Assembly: GCF_004010195.1 (NCBI RefSeq)
Contig: NC_057719.1
Location: 18,559,159 to 18,623,158, forward strand
Length of the DNA stretch: 64,000 nt
Reading direction: 5' to 3'
Source: Chiloscyllium plagiosum
Taxonomy: Eukaryota
Positions 11,140 through 23,007 of this stretch are shown piece after piece; position 1 is the first letter of the stretch; each line of letters opens with the position of its first letter. Below the pieces are notes generated by a model. The model was not told the origin of the DNA. It worked only from the letters and a program-made list of their open reading frames with translations, and did no database searches. Position numbers and translations under genes: made by a program.

Positions 11140-11400
11140 AACTGAAGGTTACTGAACATCTTTGTGTGATCTGTACAGCTGCAATTTTCTAATAATTTTA
11201 CACATTACTGCCAGTGTCAGACTGATGAAAGAAAGCTGACCTCCCGCTGTGCAGCTTCCGGCAATGACCATATATAGCAGTTTTTTCCTCTCACTTATAA
11301 ACGCCATGCAGTGCACAGATCTCACCTCAATTATCACCCTGACTGACACAGAGACACGACTTCAAGTGAGGTGTTATTTGAAATGAAGAGTTTAGCCAAG
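11140..11400. promoter_or_regulatory. Candidate conserved non-coding element
   Basis: Repeat-free, CpG-retaining, TAAT/TGACA motifs; conservation not testable here. Confidence 0.35.
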
Positions 11401-13019
11401 GAAAGGAATGAAGTGCAGAGCATGTGAATATTCCCAACCATCACTGCCTTCCTTAGGCAGCCAATCATATCTGCCCAGAGACAACGGTTGAACTTTCACC
11501 TTATTGGCCACTTTAGTGGAGCAAAAGCTGCCCTGAGGGCTGAGTAGGAGAATACATGCATAGCAGCTGTGTCTGTGTTACGGACAAGAGCAAATAGTGC
11601 AGCTTCAGAGAAAGACAAAGGAACAGCTTGGTAAGGAGAGCAAAACACTTAAAAAGCATATAGGCAATCAAAATATAACAGCAATTAATAAATAAAGGCT
11701 ACAGCTTGGTGATTGTTTAAAAGAAAAGAACAATGCCGGACAAAATGAATAAAGAGAAAAACTGATCAATCCCATTCCTCACTCAAAAGTTCACAGTTAC
11801 ATTTGTAAAAAGCAAATCCTGAAAGGTTTTAAATTCATCCACATAAGAGGTAATGAATAAGTAAGAAATGTATATGCTGCATCAAAAATAATTAGAAGTG
11901 CAATTGTTTGGGTTTACTTTTGTTAATGTTATAGTGTGGTTTGCAATGCATTACCCATCTCCAAGAGGCATTGAAAAGAGAAAGTATGAGGAGGGTTTAA
12001 TGCGAATTGCAGACAAGTTGACTGGGACTGCTCAATCAGAATGAGGAGTTCCATTAAGTCAGTGGGGGAAAAATACACTTCCCTTCTGCTTGATAATGAA
12101 TGTTCTTAATGAAGTTGGACAACTCAGAATACAAGCAGGAGATGGTTTTAAATATTGATATGATGTCACAGTGTGTCTAAAGATACTGAAATGTTCATTT
12201 CTGCAGGTAGTTGGAGCATGTTTAATTTATTAACCAGGGACAATTGGGTTGTAGACTGTGCGGAAGCAGCTTCTGTTTGCTGAAAGGGCAGTTGAATAAT
12301 TATTGGTGTTAAAAAAATATGGATGAGAATATCACCTACCTCAACCCGAAGAACAGAAAAAATACTGAACCCTGAGCATTCATTTCTTGCTTCCTGCAGA
12401 ATAATAGTCTGCAACGTTACGAATGAGTATTTATCACATAGGCCTTTCCAGGATAAATCTCTGCTACTTTGAAGAGCAGAAGCCTGTGTTATGACCTTAC
12501 ACAAAATTTATTAGAGGCTGTGAGGTTCATGGCGTAAGCCATGGTGCCACATCATTTTGTAAACCACGATCATTAGTTCAATATGAAGATAACATGCAGT
12601 GAAAAATTGTCCTCCTTTCCTTCATGTGTTTAAAGTTGAGCGAGCATCAGCACATCTTTTACACTTCTCCAATTTGAGGTGAAGAGAGGGGGGTTCAGGG
12701 AGTGTGAGGAAAGAGCAGCGAGCACGAAAATAGAATAGTAACAGCATCTGTGCTGTAATCCGAATGGGAAGCGACAGTTATCCTGCTCCCCTTCCACTCG
12801 CCTTGATGTGAAAGCTGTACTTGCCACTTTCCCAATTTGATAAAACGATAAATCTGAAGCTTCCACAGTCATCCACTGCAGAAGGTTGTTTGGCCCATCA
12901 TAGAACAGTTGAAAGCAGAAGGAGACCATTCAGCTCATTGACTCTGTGTAGTGCTCACTCTTTCAGCATACAATCCAGGATTTTAAAAATGTTTTCATGA
13001 GCTGTGGGTAATGCTGCCA

Positions 13020-13500
13020 ATGCCAGCTCCTCAGACAATGAAGCAGTCCATGTCCAAATATGGGAAGATCTGTACAATATCCAGGCTTGGGCTGGCAAAT
13101 AATTTTCATGTTACACAAATGCCAGACAGTGACCATCTCCAGTAAGAGATAAACTAAATATTGCCCCTTGATAGTGAATGCTGTTACCATCATGGTATCT
13201 CCCATAACAACAACATCCTTGGGATTATCTTTGACCAAAACCTCAACTCAAAAACAGCATATAAATAACGTGGTGACAAAAGCAGGCCAGGGGCTAGGAA
13301 TCCTGCAGTGAATAATGGACCTCTTGACTCCCCAAAGCCCGTCCACCAGCCGCAAAGCACAAGTCGGGAATGTGATGGAATACTCCCCATTTGCCTAGAT
13401 GGGTGCAGTTCCAACAACATTCAAGAAGTTGACACCGTCCAGGACAAAGCAGCCTGCTTGATTGGCACCCCATCCACAATCATTCACTCCCCCAACCCTG
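13020..13500 (+). mobile_element. L2/CR1-like LINE RT C-terminal fragment
   Basis: SSDNEAVHVQIWEDLYNIQAWAGK...NILGIIFDQNLN...VVTKAGQGLGILQ...KAQVGNVMEYSPFA*MGAVPTT..DTVQDKAACLIGTPST. Confidence 0.85.
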
Positions 13501-13511
13501 GTACTTAACTG

Positions 13512-13625
13512 CGGATGCTGGAACTATTCTGAAGAATGGTCACTGGATTTAAATCATGAGCTCTGTTTCCTTTCCACAGATGCTGCCAAACCTGGCCAGC
13601 TTCTCCAACATTATCTGCATCTACT
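13512..13625 (+). mobile_element. Penelope-like pseudo-LTR fragment (third family)
   Basis: TTCTGAAGAATGGTCACTGG...CCACAGATGCTGCCAAACCTG. Confidence 0.6.
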
Positions 13626-14028
13626 TTGTCTACCTTATTAAGTAACTTTTAGCATCCTCTTCCCCTATTCCCCTCTCATCTCTCCATATTTCTTCAATTT
13701 CTATTCTCCTTCAAGCATCCAGTTCTCCTTGCACAGCTATTATTGAATCTATATCCATCACCTAAACAGGTAGTGCATTTCAAATCCTAATGACTCATTG
13801 CATACAAATATTTTCATCATGCCACCTCTTATTCTTTAAACTTAAATCTGTGTTCCATGGTTATCAATTCTTTAGCCGTTGGACACAGTTTCTCATTCTT
13901 CTGATTCCTGTAGAGACTGATAAAGAGACTGAGATTCCCAGCAACTGATGTAAAGGGTTACGCAATCATTTCTTTCACAGGCTGTGGATGTCACTGTCTG
14001 GGCCAGCATTTATAGCTTATCTCTGATT

Positions 14029-14580
14029 TGTAACAATCAAGCTAAAATAAATATCAGTCAAACATTATTCAGTGGGCAGCAAATGTTCCAAGCTTCAGAA
14101 AAGATATTTCTTCTTGGTTTCATAACACAAATTATAAACCATTTCACATTTATACATCACGCTGCACTCTCCACTAAACTAGTCCAAAGTTACTTGCAGC
14201 TTCCAACATGCCAGCTTCTCCCTGTTTCACTGTGTCAGGGGTTGAAATCGATTTCCCGCAGTCTTCTGAGAATCTCCAAACTGAGTTCAAAAGCAAGGAC
14301 CACTCTCGTGATTCCTTTTCCGGGCCTCCTCATCCAGTTCCATTAAATTTGTGTGCAGGTTCCATCTCTTCAATGACACAGCCGACTCCTGGGTGGTAGG
14401 GAACAGAGAACACCTTTCCCATGATTTTACACAACTACTGCAGTTGTCCTCTTTCTCTCTCTCTCTCTCTCGCTCCCATCTCTCTGTCTTTGTGTTAAGG
14501 ATTTTTTTAAAATCAGCTTGCTGCAGTTACCATGACAAAGTCAACTGCTCTATCCTTGTTTTCTGGTGATAAACCTGACA
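14029..14580. mobile_element. Possible solo LTR
   Basis: TGTAAC...CTGACA termini, ~550 bp, interrupts a LINE tail; no TSD seen. Confidence 0.3.
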
Positions 14581-14656
14581 TGTAGGATTAAATAATATTT
14601 GTCTGGGACCCTTGTTCCCTTGATGTTAAGGTCACCCAAGTCTAACTATGGACAAA

Positions 14657-15399
14657 GTCGAAAAGTGTGGCACTGGAAAAGCACAGCAGGTCAGGCAGCA
14701 TCTGAGGAGCAGGAGAGTCGACGTTTTCAGCATAAGCCCTTCATCTGGAATGTGGGGCGAGAGGGAGCAGGAAAGCGGGCTGAGAAANNNNNNNNNNNNN
14801 NNNNGAAATCGATGTTGATGCAGTGTGCTTGGAGGGTCCTAAGGTGGAAGATGAAGTGTTCTTCCTCCTGGTGTCAGGTGGCTCAGAATTTGTGATGGAG
14901 GAGGCCCAGAACTTGCATGTCCTTGGCGGAGTGGGAGGGGGAGTTGAAGTGGTCAGCTGCAGGGTGGTGAGGTTGTTTTTGGGACACATGCACCTTGGGA
15001 CCCTCCAACTGCACAGCATCAACGTCAATCTCACCAGTTTCCTCATCTCCCTTTCCATCACCTCATCCCAGATCCAACCCTCCAACTTGGCAGTGACCTC
15101 TTTGCTGTCCCATCTGTCCATCTTCCTTCCCACCTATCCACTCCATCCTCCGCTTTAACCTAACACCATCATCACCCACCTGCATCTACCTATCACTTTC
15201 AAGATACCTTCCCCTTAGCCCCACCCCACACCTATTTAGTTCTCAGCCCCCTTCCCCCATCCCCACATTCCTGATGAATGATTTATGTCTGAAATGTCGA
15301 TTCTCCTGCTTCTCAGTTGCTGCCTGACCAGCAGTGCTTTTCAAGTGCCACAATTTTCGACTCTGACTTTCCAGCATCTGCAGTCCTCACTTTCTCCTC
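14657..15399. mobile_element. Penelope-like insertion with inverted duplication (minus copy then plus copy)
   Basis: TSD ACTATGGACAAA at 14645-14656 and 15400-15411; HLGTLQLHSINVNLTSF on plus strand, homologous sequence on minus strand; pseudo-LTR at both outer ends. Confidence 0.85.
14788..14804. other. Assembly gap (17 N)
   Basis: N run. Confidence 1.
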
Positions 15400-15544
15400 A
15401 CTATGGACAAAATCAAGGACATTTGAAAGAAGAATCATATTGGATTCAAGAACGTAACTCAGTTTCCTTCACCAATGATGCTTCCAGAACTGTTGTGTTT
15501 TTCTAGAACTCTTTTTATTTTAGCGTTAGACTAGATGCAGGTTT

Positions 15545-15880
15545 CTTTTTTCATTATTCATTTGTGGGACGTGGGTTTCACTGCCTGGGCCAGCTTTGTC
15601 ACCTATTCCTAGTTGCTCTTGAAAAGATGATGGTGAGCTGCCTTCTTGAACCACTACAGTTCACATGCTGAAGATAGACCCACAATGCCCTGAGGGAGAG
15701 AATTCAAAGATGTTCACTCAGCGACAGTGAAGACACAGCGATGTATTTCCAAGTCAGGATGGAGAATGGCCTGGAGGCGAACATGCGGGTGATGATGTTC
15801 CCATGCATCTGCTGCCTTTATCTTTCTAAATGATAGTGATTGTGTATTTGGAAGGTGTTGTCTAAAGATATTTGGCATAT
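15545..15880 (-). mobile_element. L2/CR1-like LINE 3' end
   Basis: TTATTCATTTGTGGGACGTGGG...GGTGAGCTGCCTTCTTGAACC...TTCCAAGTCAGGATGG. Confidence 0.75.
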
Positions 15881-15899
15881 TTCTGAAGATAGATATCGA

Positions 15900-16200
15900 T
15901 ATATTTCTAGATATTAATAATATCAAGGGATAAGTAGATGGTGTGGGAAAATGCTATTGAGATGGAAGATCAGCCATGATCTAATAGAATATGGACCAGG
16001 CATAGAACATAAAACATCGAACAATATGGCACAGAACAGACCCTTCGGCCCTCGATGTTGCGCCGACCTGTGAACTAATCTAAGCCCATCACCCTATACT
16101 ATCTCATCATCATCGATATGCTTATCCAAGGACTGTTTAAATGTCCCTAAAAGCATGAAGAGCTCAATGGCCTTCTCCGGCTCGTATTTCCTGTGTTGCT
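15900..16200. mobile_element. CR1/HER1 3' fragments (nested, both orientations)
   Basis: GATCAGCCATGATC; CATAGAACA...CAGACCCTTCGGCCC. Confidence 0.65.
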
Positions 16201-17104
16201 AAGTGGTTGTTAATTTTCTACTGAATTATCATTTCTGAAATCCCTCCCACCAAGGACATTAAACTGCCAGGATCTTTGAAAAAAAATCAACCTAATTGCT
16301 CCCATGCCCTGTTCTTTCACGTTAGACCCTCAAATGTTTCCCCACTTTCAAGCATTTCTCCAATGCTGTAGTTAATTAATTTGTACTGTTTGAAGGTGTT
16401 TGAACTATTTATTTTGGGAACACGGTGACCACGTTACAACAAATTGAATCATACATCCTTTTGGCTAAGTGTGAGTTACATTGAGTTTTTTGGAAAGATA
16501 TTTCTGCAAGGCATGGCAGGTTTTATCTGACCAAATTCATTGGCTAGCTGGTCAACCCATCTGATTACAGCTCCATCCTGCCACACACATTCTTAAAAGA
16601 ACTCACCACTGAGTGGACATCTGAAAAAAGAACAACATCTCTTGCGTCCACACCATCTTTAAAAGACTGCTGTGCACTCAGAAAAGCTCTGGCATTCTGA
16701 AGCTGCCCTGCTGTGTCCTGGACATTAACTAGAAGATGTCAGGGAAGGGGAGTATGGTAACCATGGTTCTCCAGTGGGAACTTGGAGATCCTGGTCGAGG
16801 GGATGGTCCAGAGAACATGAGTCCTCTACCCAGAAGATGAGGAGAGAAAGCCAGAACACCAGAACTTGGTAGCCTGGTATGAAGTCACTAGTCAGGTGAG
16901 TGCCATCTCAATGGCAGGGAGTGGTCATCAGTACCATAAGAAAGTCCCCGATCTTCTCTGCTGTTCTGCATGCATTTTTCATTGTGACAGCACACTCATA
17001 CCATCTCTGCTACTGCACCGAATTCTCACACTCTGCTACTATCACCATTGCCTGAAATATGTACCCTCACTTGCCCTCACCCACTCCAACCTCCCACACC
17101 ACTA

Positions 17105-17545
17105 ACCCTGCATGGCCATTGCCAAACCCTTACCACCTGATGCCTGGAGGAGGAACACCTCATATTCCGCCTTGGGACCCTACAACCACATGGGATCAAT
17201 GTGGATTTCAACAGTTTCCTCTTTTCCCCTCCTCCCACATTATCCTAGTCCCAAGCCTCCAACTTGGCACCACCCTCCTGACCTGTCCATCACCTTTCAC
17301 ATCTATCTGCTCCACTTTCCTATCTGACCTATCACCTTCTCCCTCACCTTCATCTACCTACTACTTTCTCAGCTATCTTTCCGCTATCTTCCCCCCCCTC
17401 AATCCCACCTCCCCTTCCCATTTATCTCTCAGCCCCCCCCAGCCCACAAGCCCCTTACTGATGAAGGGCTTATATCCAAAATGTTAATTCTCCTGCTCCT
17501 CGGATGCTGCCTGACCTGCTGTGCTTTGAGCATCACACTCTCAAC
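17105..17545 (+). mobile_element. Penelope-like 3' end
   Basis: CLEEEHLIFRLGTLQPHGINVDFNSF, C-rich tract, CTGATGAAGGGCTTATATCCAAAATGTT. Confidence 0.9.
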
Positions 17546-17557
17546 TATCTACAGCAG

Positions 17558-17655
17558 GACCTAGTGCAACGGACTGGAGGGATTATTGATGGACCATTAA
17601 TCCAGAGACCCAGATAATGCTCTAGGGGCCCAGGTTCAAATCCCACCATGGCATG
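17558..17655 (+). mobile_element. SINE family B head fragment
   Basis: TAATCCAGAGACCCAG...GGTTCAAATCCCACCATGGCA. Confidence 0.7.
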
Positions 17656-18704
17656 CTGTCTATTTTCATCTCACTCAGTTCCTCCCTTTCTCTCATTGTG
17701 GGAGAACTCAACCTTTAACACAGTAAAGAGAGCCCAGATGAGTGGAGAGCTGTTGGATACTGGACTCCTCACTGCATATGGGAGGGAAACCTTGTCCCAC
17801 ACAGAAGAAGGCCAGAATCGCTGCATACCTAGCCAACTGAGTACATACCATGTTTCCTTCCATTGAAATTCTCACAGTAGCTCCATTGGCAACGTTGTCC
17901 ATTGTCCACCAGTTCTAACTAATGGCCGCAATGACTTATCGCTCTTTAATGTGGCTGGTACAGCCAGCATCTCCTCCTCCACTAGTGAAACTCCCAGCTC
18001 CCTTAGAAGCCACCTCCTCAACTCCTGAGGACAAAAGTACCTAGGCCTCAGGTGAAGCATCTTCAAGGCTATGTCCTGCACCCTGCACCAGCTCAGATCC
18101 TGACAGGCCTCAGTCTACTGTTTTACAAGAGGTGGCCAAAATTCTTATTAAGAACTCAAAATGTTCCTACTCTTCACATTGAGTCGAGCAGTTGGTCCTT
18201 TGAATGACAGGTTATGTTCTCTGGCATTTAGATCAGAGGTCATGGACTTGGGAAAAGGAGGCAATCACTTATGATGAAGAGCTCAAAATGTTTGTGCATT
18301 TCTACAATCCTCTACCTCAACATTTTGTGGATGGTCCATTCTCAAAATTATTTAAAGCTGGGGTATTGGTATGAGTTTAAGTCTGTCAGGAATCAAAGAA
18401 CATTGTATGAGAAAGTGGAATTCAGGGTGAAGTTCAGCTTTGATGATCACAAATAATGGAGCAGGCTTATTGAACAGCATGGTCTAATCCTGCACCTATT
18501 TCTAATGTTCTTACAGTTTTGTATATGTTCTCCATCATTGATATTGTCAATATCATACTAATACAAAACTTTCCTTCATGCAATGGTGCAACATCATTTC
18601 CATTTTGCATATACTGCTTCCAGTGTAACTCCCCTCTGCTTTTAATGCATTTTTAAAAGAAAATTATTCTTAAGTTGTTCTCCTGAAGCACAACACTTCT
18701 TACA

Positions 18705-18800
18705 CTAGAATCATAGTCATAGACTTATACAACGTGGAAACAGACCCTTCGGTCCAACTCATCCATACTGACCAGTTTTCCTAAACTGATCTAGTCCATG
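18705..18800 (-). mobile_element. HER1/CR1 3' end
   Basis: TCATAGTCATAG...GGAAACAGACCCTTCGGTCCAAC. Confidence 0.7.
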
Positions 18801-18848
18801 CATTTTGTTCAGCTTTCAAATGATTAGGCAGCTAATAAGCACAGTTTT

Positions 18849-18978
18849 GGGTGGCATGGTAGCTCAGTGGTTAGCACTGCTCACATCACCAGGGACCCAA
18901 GTTTGATTCCACCCTTGGATGACTGTCTATGTGGAGTTTGCACATTCTCCCCGTGTCTGCCTGGGTTTTCTTCAGGTA
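18849..18978 (+). mobile_element. HE1 SINE 5' part
   Basis: GGTGGCATGGTAGCTCAGTGGTTAGCACTGCT head plus V domain start. Confidence 0.85.
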
Positions 18979-18979
18979 T

Positions 18980-19238
18980 TCTGTTTTTCCTCCAACTCCA
19001 TTTTGATTTAACCCCTGCCTTCCCCTTCACCTTTTTGATCACGCAGCAGTGCCTTTTGATGTGAAGGGGACTGCTTGTCACTGGCCACTCGGGTGTTTCC
19101 TTTCTTCCTGGTGGTGGAAATTGAATAAAGATTTGTTCACCTGTTGTCTTTCACTGTGTCTCACACCTGCACACACACAACATGGGTGCTGGCGGAAAAA
19201 AATGAAAAAAGAAAAAAGCAAAAAAAGAAAAAAATATA
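18980..19238 (+). mobile_element. Poly(A)-tailed retroposon 3' end (L1/Tx1-like?)
   Basis: AATAAA at ~19124, A-rich tail 19196-19238; truncates the HE1 copy. Confidence 0.4.
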
Positions 19239-19659
19239 AGCAGAGTTTGTCCATCTGCTCAGCCCATTTGCAAGAAACTGGTCCACCTCTGATCCAATGA
19301 TGTCAGTAATTAATATTTAACTGCAACATCCTACTCACATTGTTGCACAGTTGTTGTCAATATACAATGACAAATTCGGGATGACAGCACTAAGTACATC
19401 AAACCTCTTCTCTGTCTGATCCAAGTCTCAATGGTACAGCAACCAGAGTAGTGGGGGGAAGAAATTTACAGTCCTCTCATAAGAAAAATAAAATGAAAGT
19501 GTTATTTTGCAAGGAATAGCCAAGTTCATTCCTGGTCTTTCAAACTCATATTCAGAAACTTTATTGTAAATAGCTGTACTTAGTCTCATCTCAATATGTA
19601 ATAAACCTGTTTATTCTTCATTAACCTTGAGCCTATCTTCAGCTCAAGAGGCAGAGAAT

Positions 19660-20270
19660 TCTCTCTCAGGAGTCTTCGTCACACATGCTCCTCTGGGAAT
19701 TGTTGGCTGCCTGTCTTAGGGTGCTCCTCCAACATGCTGCTCTAGATATTACCAACAGCATATCTTGGTATCCTTCTCGCATAGAGGAGAAAGTGAGGAC
19801 TGCAGATGCTGAAGCTCAGAGCCAAAAAGTGTGGCACTGGAAAAGCACAGTCTGGCAGCATCCGAGGAGCAGGAGAGTTGATGTTTTGAGCGCAAGGTCT
19901 TCATCAGGAATGATGAAAAGCTTAAGCCTGAAACATCAAAACCCCTGCTCCTCAGGTACTGCCTGACCAGCTGTGCATTGCCAGCACCATACTTTTTGAC
20001 TCATCCGTCCCTCATATCTCTGTCAGGTGCTGCTGAGCTCCTGTCATGTGATCTTCCTCACACATTCTCCCCGGCATACCGACTGACTGACTTGGGGTTC
20101 TCCTGTCATATTCTGCTCTGCGATGCTGACTTTTTGCATTGGGGTCCTCTTTGACCTGCTCCTCTAGGTGTGACTGACTGCCCGCCTTGGGGTCCTGCGC
20201 TCACACATCCTGCTGGGTGCTATTGATCTTTTGTCTTGAGGTCCTCCTCTTGTGGAGAACTTGGGGCACA
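19660..20270. repeat. Degenerate ~48-bp tandem repeat
   Basis: TT(G/A)GG(G)T(C)C anchor at 19716, 19765, 20092, 20139, 20187, 20236 (47-49 bp spacing within each part); split by a PLE insertion. Confidence 0.6.
19785..20003. mobile_element. Fold-back Penelope-like pseudo-LTR
   Basis: GGAGAAAGTGAGGACTGCAGATGCTG...TCTTCATCAGGAA|TGATGAAAAGCTTAAGCCTGAAACATC...ACTTTTTGACTC inverted arms. Confidence 0.8.
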
Positions 20271-20299
20271 GTCAGTTTGAGAGCTGGTATACTTGATGC

Positions 20300-20780
20300 T
20301 TTGACTTACAAAAACAAAATTTGATAAAGTGCCTTGTAATTGGCTTATCAACAAATTTCAACAAAGGACATTGATAGGCTATTGAAGTTGGTAGTCAAAT
20401 AGCACAGGAAAGGGTATATTTTGAAAAGAGGACACAGGATCACAGGGACAAATCATTGCAGGTGCCTGCATAGGATGAGAAGCAGTTTATAAAGCAACTG
20501 GGAAATAAAACATATGGGATCCTAAGCTTTGTAAATAAGGGGATAGAGTAGTAAAGCAAGAAAATTATGATGATTCTGGCTAACACACAAGTATCTTATG
20601 AAGAGATTTGACAGTAGTATTCAAAGTCAAGAGGGATCTGAGGAGAGTAAGTAAGGGGAAATTTTTTACCTCATTGATGAAAGGGTAGAGAAGCAGAAAC
20701 ACCAATTTAAGGCAATCAGCAAGGAAAGAATAGCGACGCGATGGAAATAGTTTTATGCAGCAAGTGTTTAGGATCTGTAA
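20300..20780 (+). mobile_element. CR1 LINE fragments, old
   Basis: D.QK.FDKVP motif (TTTGATAAAGTGCC), GGGATAGAGTA..AAAGCAAG, CR1-like 3' UTR. Confidence 0.6.
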
Positions 20781-20929
20781 TTTAATTCTACAGAATCACT
20801 TTTGCCCTCTATCCCTTAGTCTTTTTAATTAACAAAAATCTATCAATTTCGGAGTTAAAATCATCCAGTACATACAAGGCCTGCTGGCCTTTTGAGTCTG
20901 TATTACCAAAACTACACTGAAAATATGTT

Positions 20930-21980
20930 AGCCCCATCTTTCAGCATTAGATGCATAGCCTTGAATGTCATGCCACTTCAAATGTTCATCCAAGTACTTG
21001 TTAAATATTGTGAGGATACCCAGGCAGTGAATTTCAGGACCTCACCATCCTGTGGGTGAAATATATTTTCCTCAATTTCCCTCTGAAACTCCTCCCTTTC
21101 ACCTTGAAAGTGTGCCCCATGTGTTATTGATCCCTCAACTAAGGGGAACAGTGGTTTTCTTTTCACCCTGTCCATGCCGCTCAATCAGGCTCCCCCTCAG
21201 CTCTCTCTGCTCCAAAGAAAGCAACCCGAGCTTATCTCTTCAGAGCACAGTGGTTAGCACTGCTGCCTCACAGCGCCAGAGACCCGGGTTCAATCCCCAC
21301 CTCAGGCGACTGACTGTGTGGAGTTTGCACATTCTCCCCGTGTCTGCTTGGGTTTTCTCCAGGTGCTCCGGTTTCCTCCCACAGTCCAAAAATGTGCAGA
21401 TTAGGTGAATTGGCCATGCTAAATTGCCCGTAGTGTTAGATGAAGGGGTAAAATGTAGGGGAATGGGTCTGGGTGGGTTGCGCTTCAGCGGGTCGGTGTG
21501 GACTTGTTGGGCCAAAGGGCCTGTTTCCACACTGTAAGTAATCTAATCTAATCTAATCTAATCATAACTAAAGGACTCCATTCAAGACAATATTCTGGTG
21601 AATCTCCTCTACATCCCCTCTAGTGTCATCACATCCTTCCTATAGTACTTTAGCCATGGCCTAACTAAACTTTTGTGCAACTCCAGCAGAACCTCCCTGC
21701 TCTTATAAGCTATACTTCAACTAATAAAGGGAAGACCCACATGATTCTTGAGTGCCCTATAAACCTGTCCTGACACCTTCAGAGATCTGTGGACAAGCAC
21801 CCCCAGATATCTCTGCTCCTCTGAGTTTCTGAGTGTTCTATCATTCAATGATTACTCCCTTGTCCTTCTACTCCTTCCAAAGTGCATCACCTGATAACCA
21901 TCAGGGTTAAATCCCATCAGCTGCTGATGTGCCCATCTGACCAATCTGTCTGTATCCTTCTGTAACCTAAGACTTTCTTC
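20930..21980 (-). mobile_element. CR1 LINE 3' fragment interrupted by HE1
   Basis: ORF 20978-21184 MSGMDRVKRKPLFPLVEGSITHGAHF; LQKDTDRLVRWAHQQLMGFNPDGYQVMHFGR. Confidence 0.85.
21243..21563 (+). mobile_element. HE1 SINE, young, (ATCTA)n tail
   Basis: Intact head, V domain, tail GGCCAAAGGGCCTGTTTCCACACTGTAAGTAATCTAATCTAATCTAATCTA. Confidence 0.95.
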
Positions 21981-21981
21981 A

Positions 21982-23007
21982 GAATTTTGACCATACCCCT
22001 CTAAACTCTTCCTATTCATGTACCCAATCAAATATCTTTTAAATGTTGTAATTATACCAGCTTCCAACACTTCCTCTGGCAGCTCATTTCATGCACGCAA
22101 TACCCTCGACATGAAAAAGTTGCCCCTTAGGTCCCCTTTAAATCTTTCCCCTTTCACCTTAAACCTATGCCTTCTAGTTTTGCCCCCCCCCCTACCCCAG
22201 GGAAAAGACCTTGTCTATTCACCCTATCCATGCCCCTCATGATTTTATAAACCTCTATTAGGTCAGCTCTCAGCCTCTGATGCTCTTGGTAAAACAGTCC
22301 CAGCCTACTCAGCCTCTCCATATAGCTCAAATCCTCCAACCCTGGCAACATCCTTGTAAATCTTTTCTGAACCCTTTCAAGCTTCACAACATCCTTCCTA
22401 TAGCAGAGATACCAGAATTCCACGCATAGTGGCCTAACCAATATCTTATACAGCCACAACATGACCTCCCAACTCCCATACTCAATGCACTGAACAATAA
22501 ATGAAAGCATGCCAAATGCCTTCTTCATTACCTTATCTATCTGTGGCTCCACTTTCAAGGAACTATGAGCATGCACTCCAAGGTCTCTTCATTCAGCAGC
22601 ACTCCTCAGGACTCTATCATAAGTCCTGCTCTGATTTGCTTTTCCAAAATGCAACACCTCACATTGGTCTAAATTAAATTCCATCTGCCATTCTTGAGCC
22701 CATTGGCCCATCTGATCAAGAGTCATTTGTACTCTGAGGCCACATTCTTCTCTGTTCACTACACCTCCAATTTTGGTGTCATCTGCAAACTTTCTAATCA
22801 TACCTCCTATGTTCACTCCCAAATAATTTGTATAAATAACCAAAAAGCAGTGGACCCAGCATTGATCCTTGTGACACGCCACTGATCATAGGCCTCCAGT
22901 CTGAAAAGTAACCCTTCACCACTATCCTCTGTCTCTACCTTCAAGCCAGTTCTGTTTCAAAATACCTACTTCTCCCTCTATCCTGTGTGATCTAAACTTG
23001 CTAACTA
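21982..23007 (-). mobile_element. HER1/CR1 LINE ORF2 RT fragment (~1 kb)
   Basis: KFADDTKIGGVV, WQMEFNLDQCEVLHFGK, KKAFGMLSFI..LYKILVRP..LERVQKRFTRMLPGL. Confidence 0.95.

Larger units (their letters stand above)
16761..17860 (+). pseudogene. Harbinger/PIF ORF2 (Myb/SANT-like) relic, two exons, intron invaded by PLE and SINE
   Basis: PWFSSGNLEILVEGMVQRT*VLYP...AWYEVTSQVSAISMAGSGHQYHKKVPDLL (16761-16960); ENSTFNTVKRAQMSGELLDTGLLTAYGRETL (17702-17800) resembles EKxAHNxRERxxTGGG..LTxxE. Confidence 0.7.

Noticed and set aside
19660..20270. CRISPR-like array
   Set aside because: Eukaryotic context, no cas genes, units are degenerate throughout rather than identical repeats with unique spacers
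21243..21310. tRNA gene
   Set aside because: A/B-box-like sequence is the tRNA-derived head of HE1 and continues directly into the V domain; same for the other SINE heads
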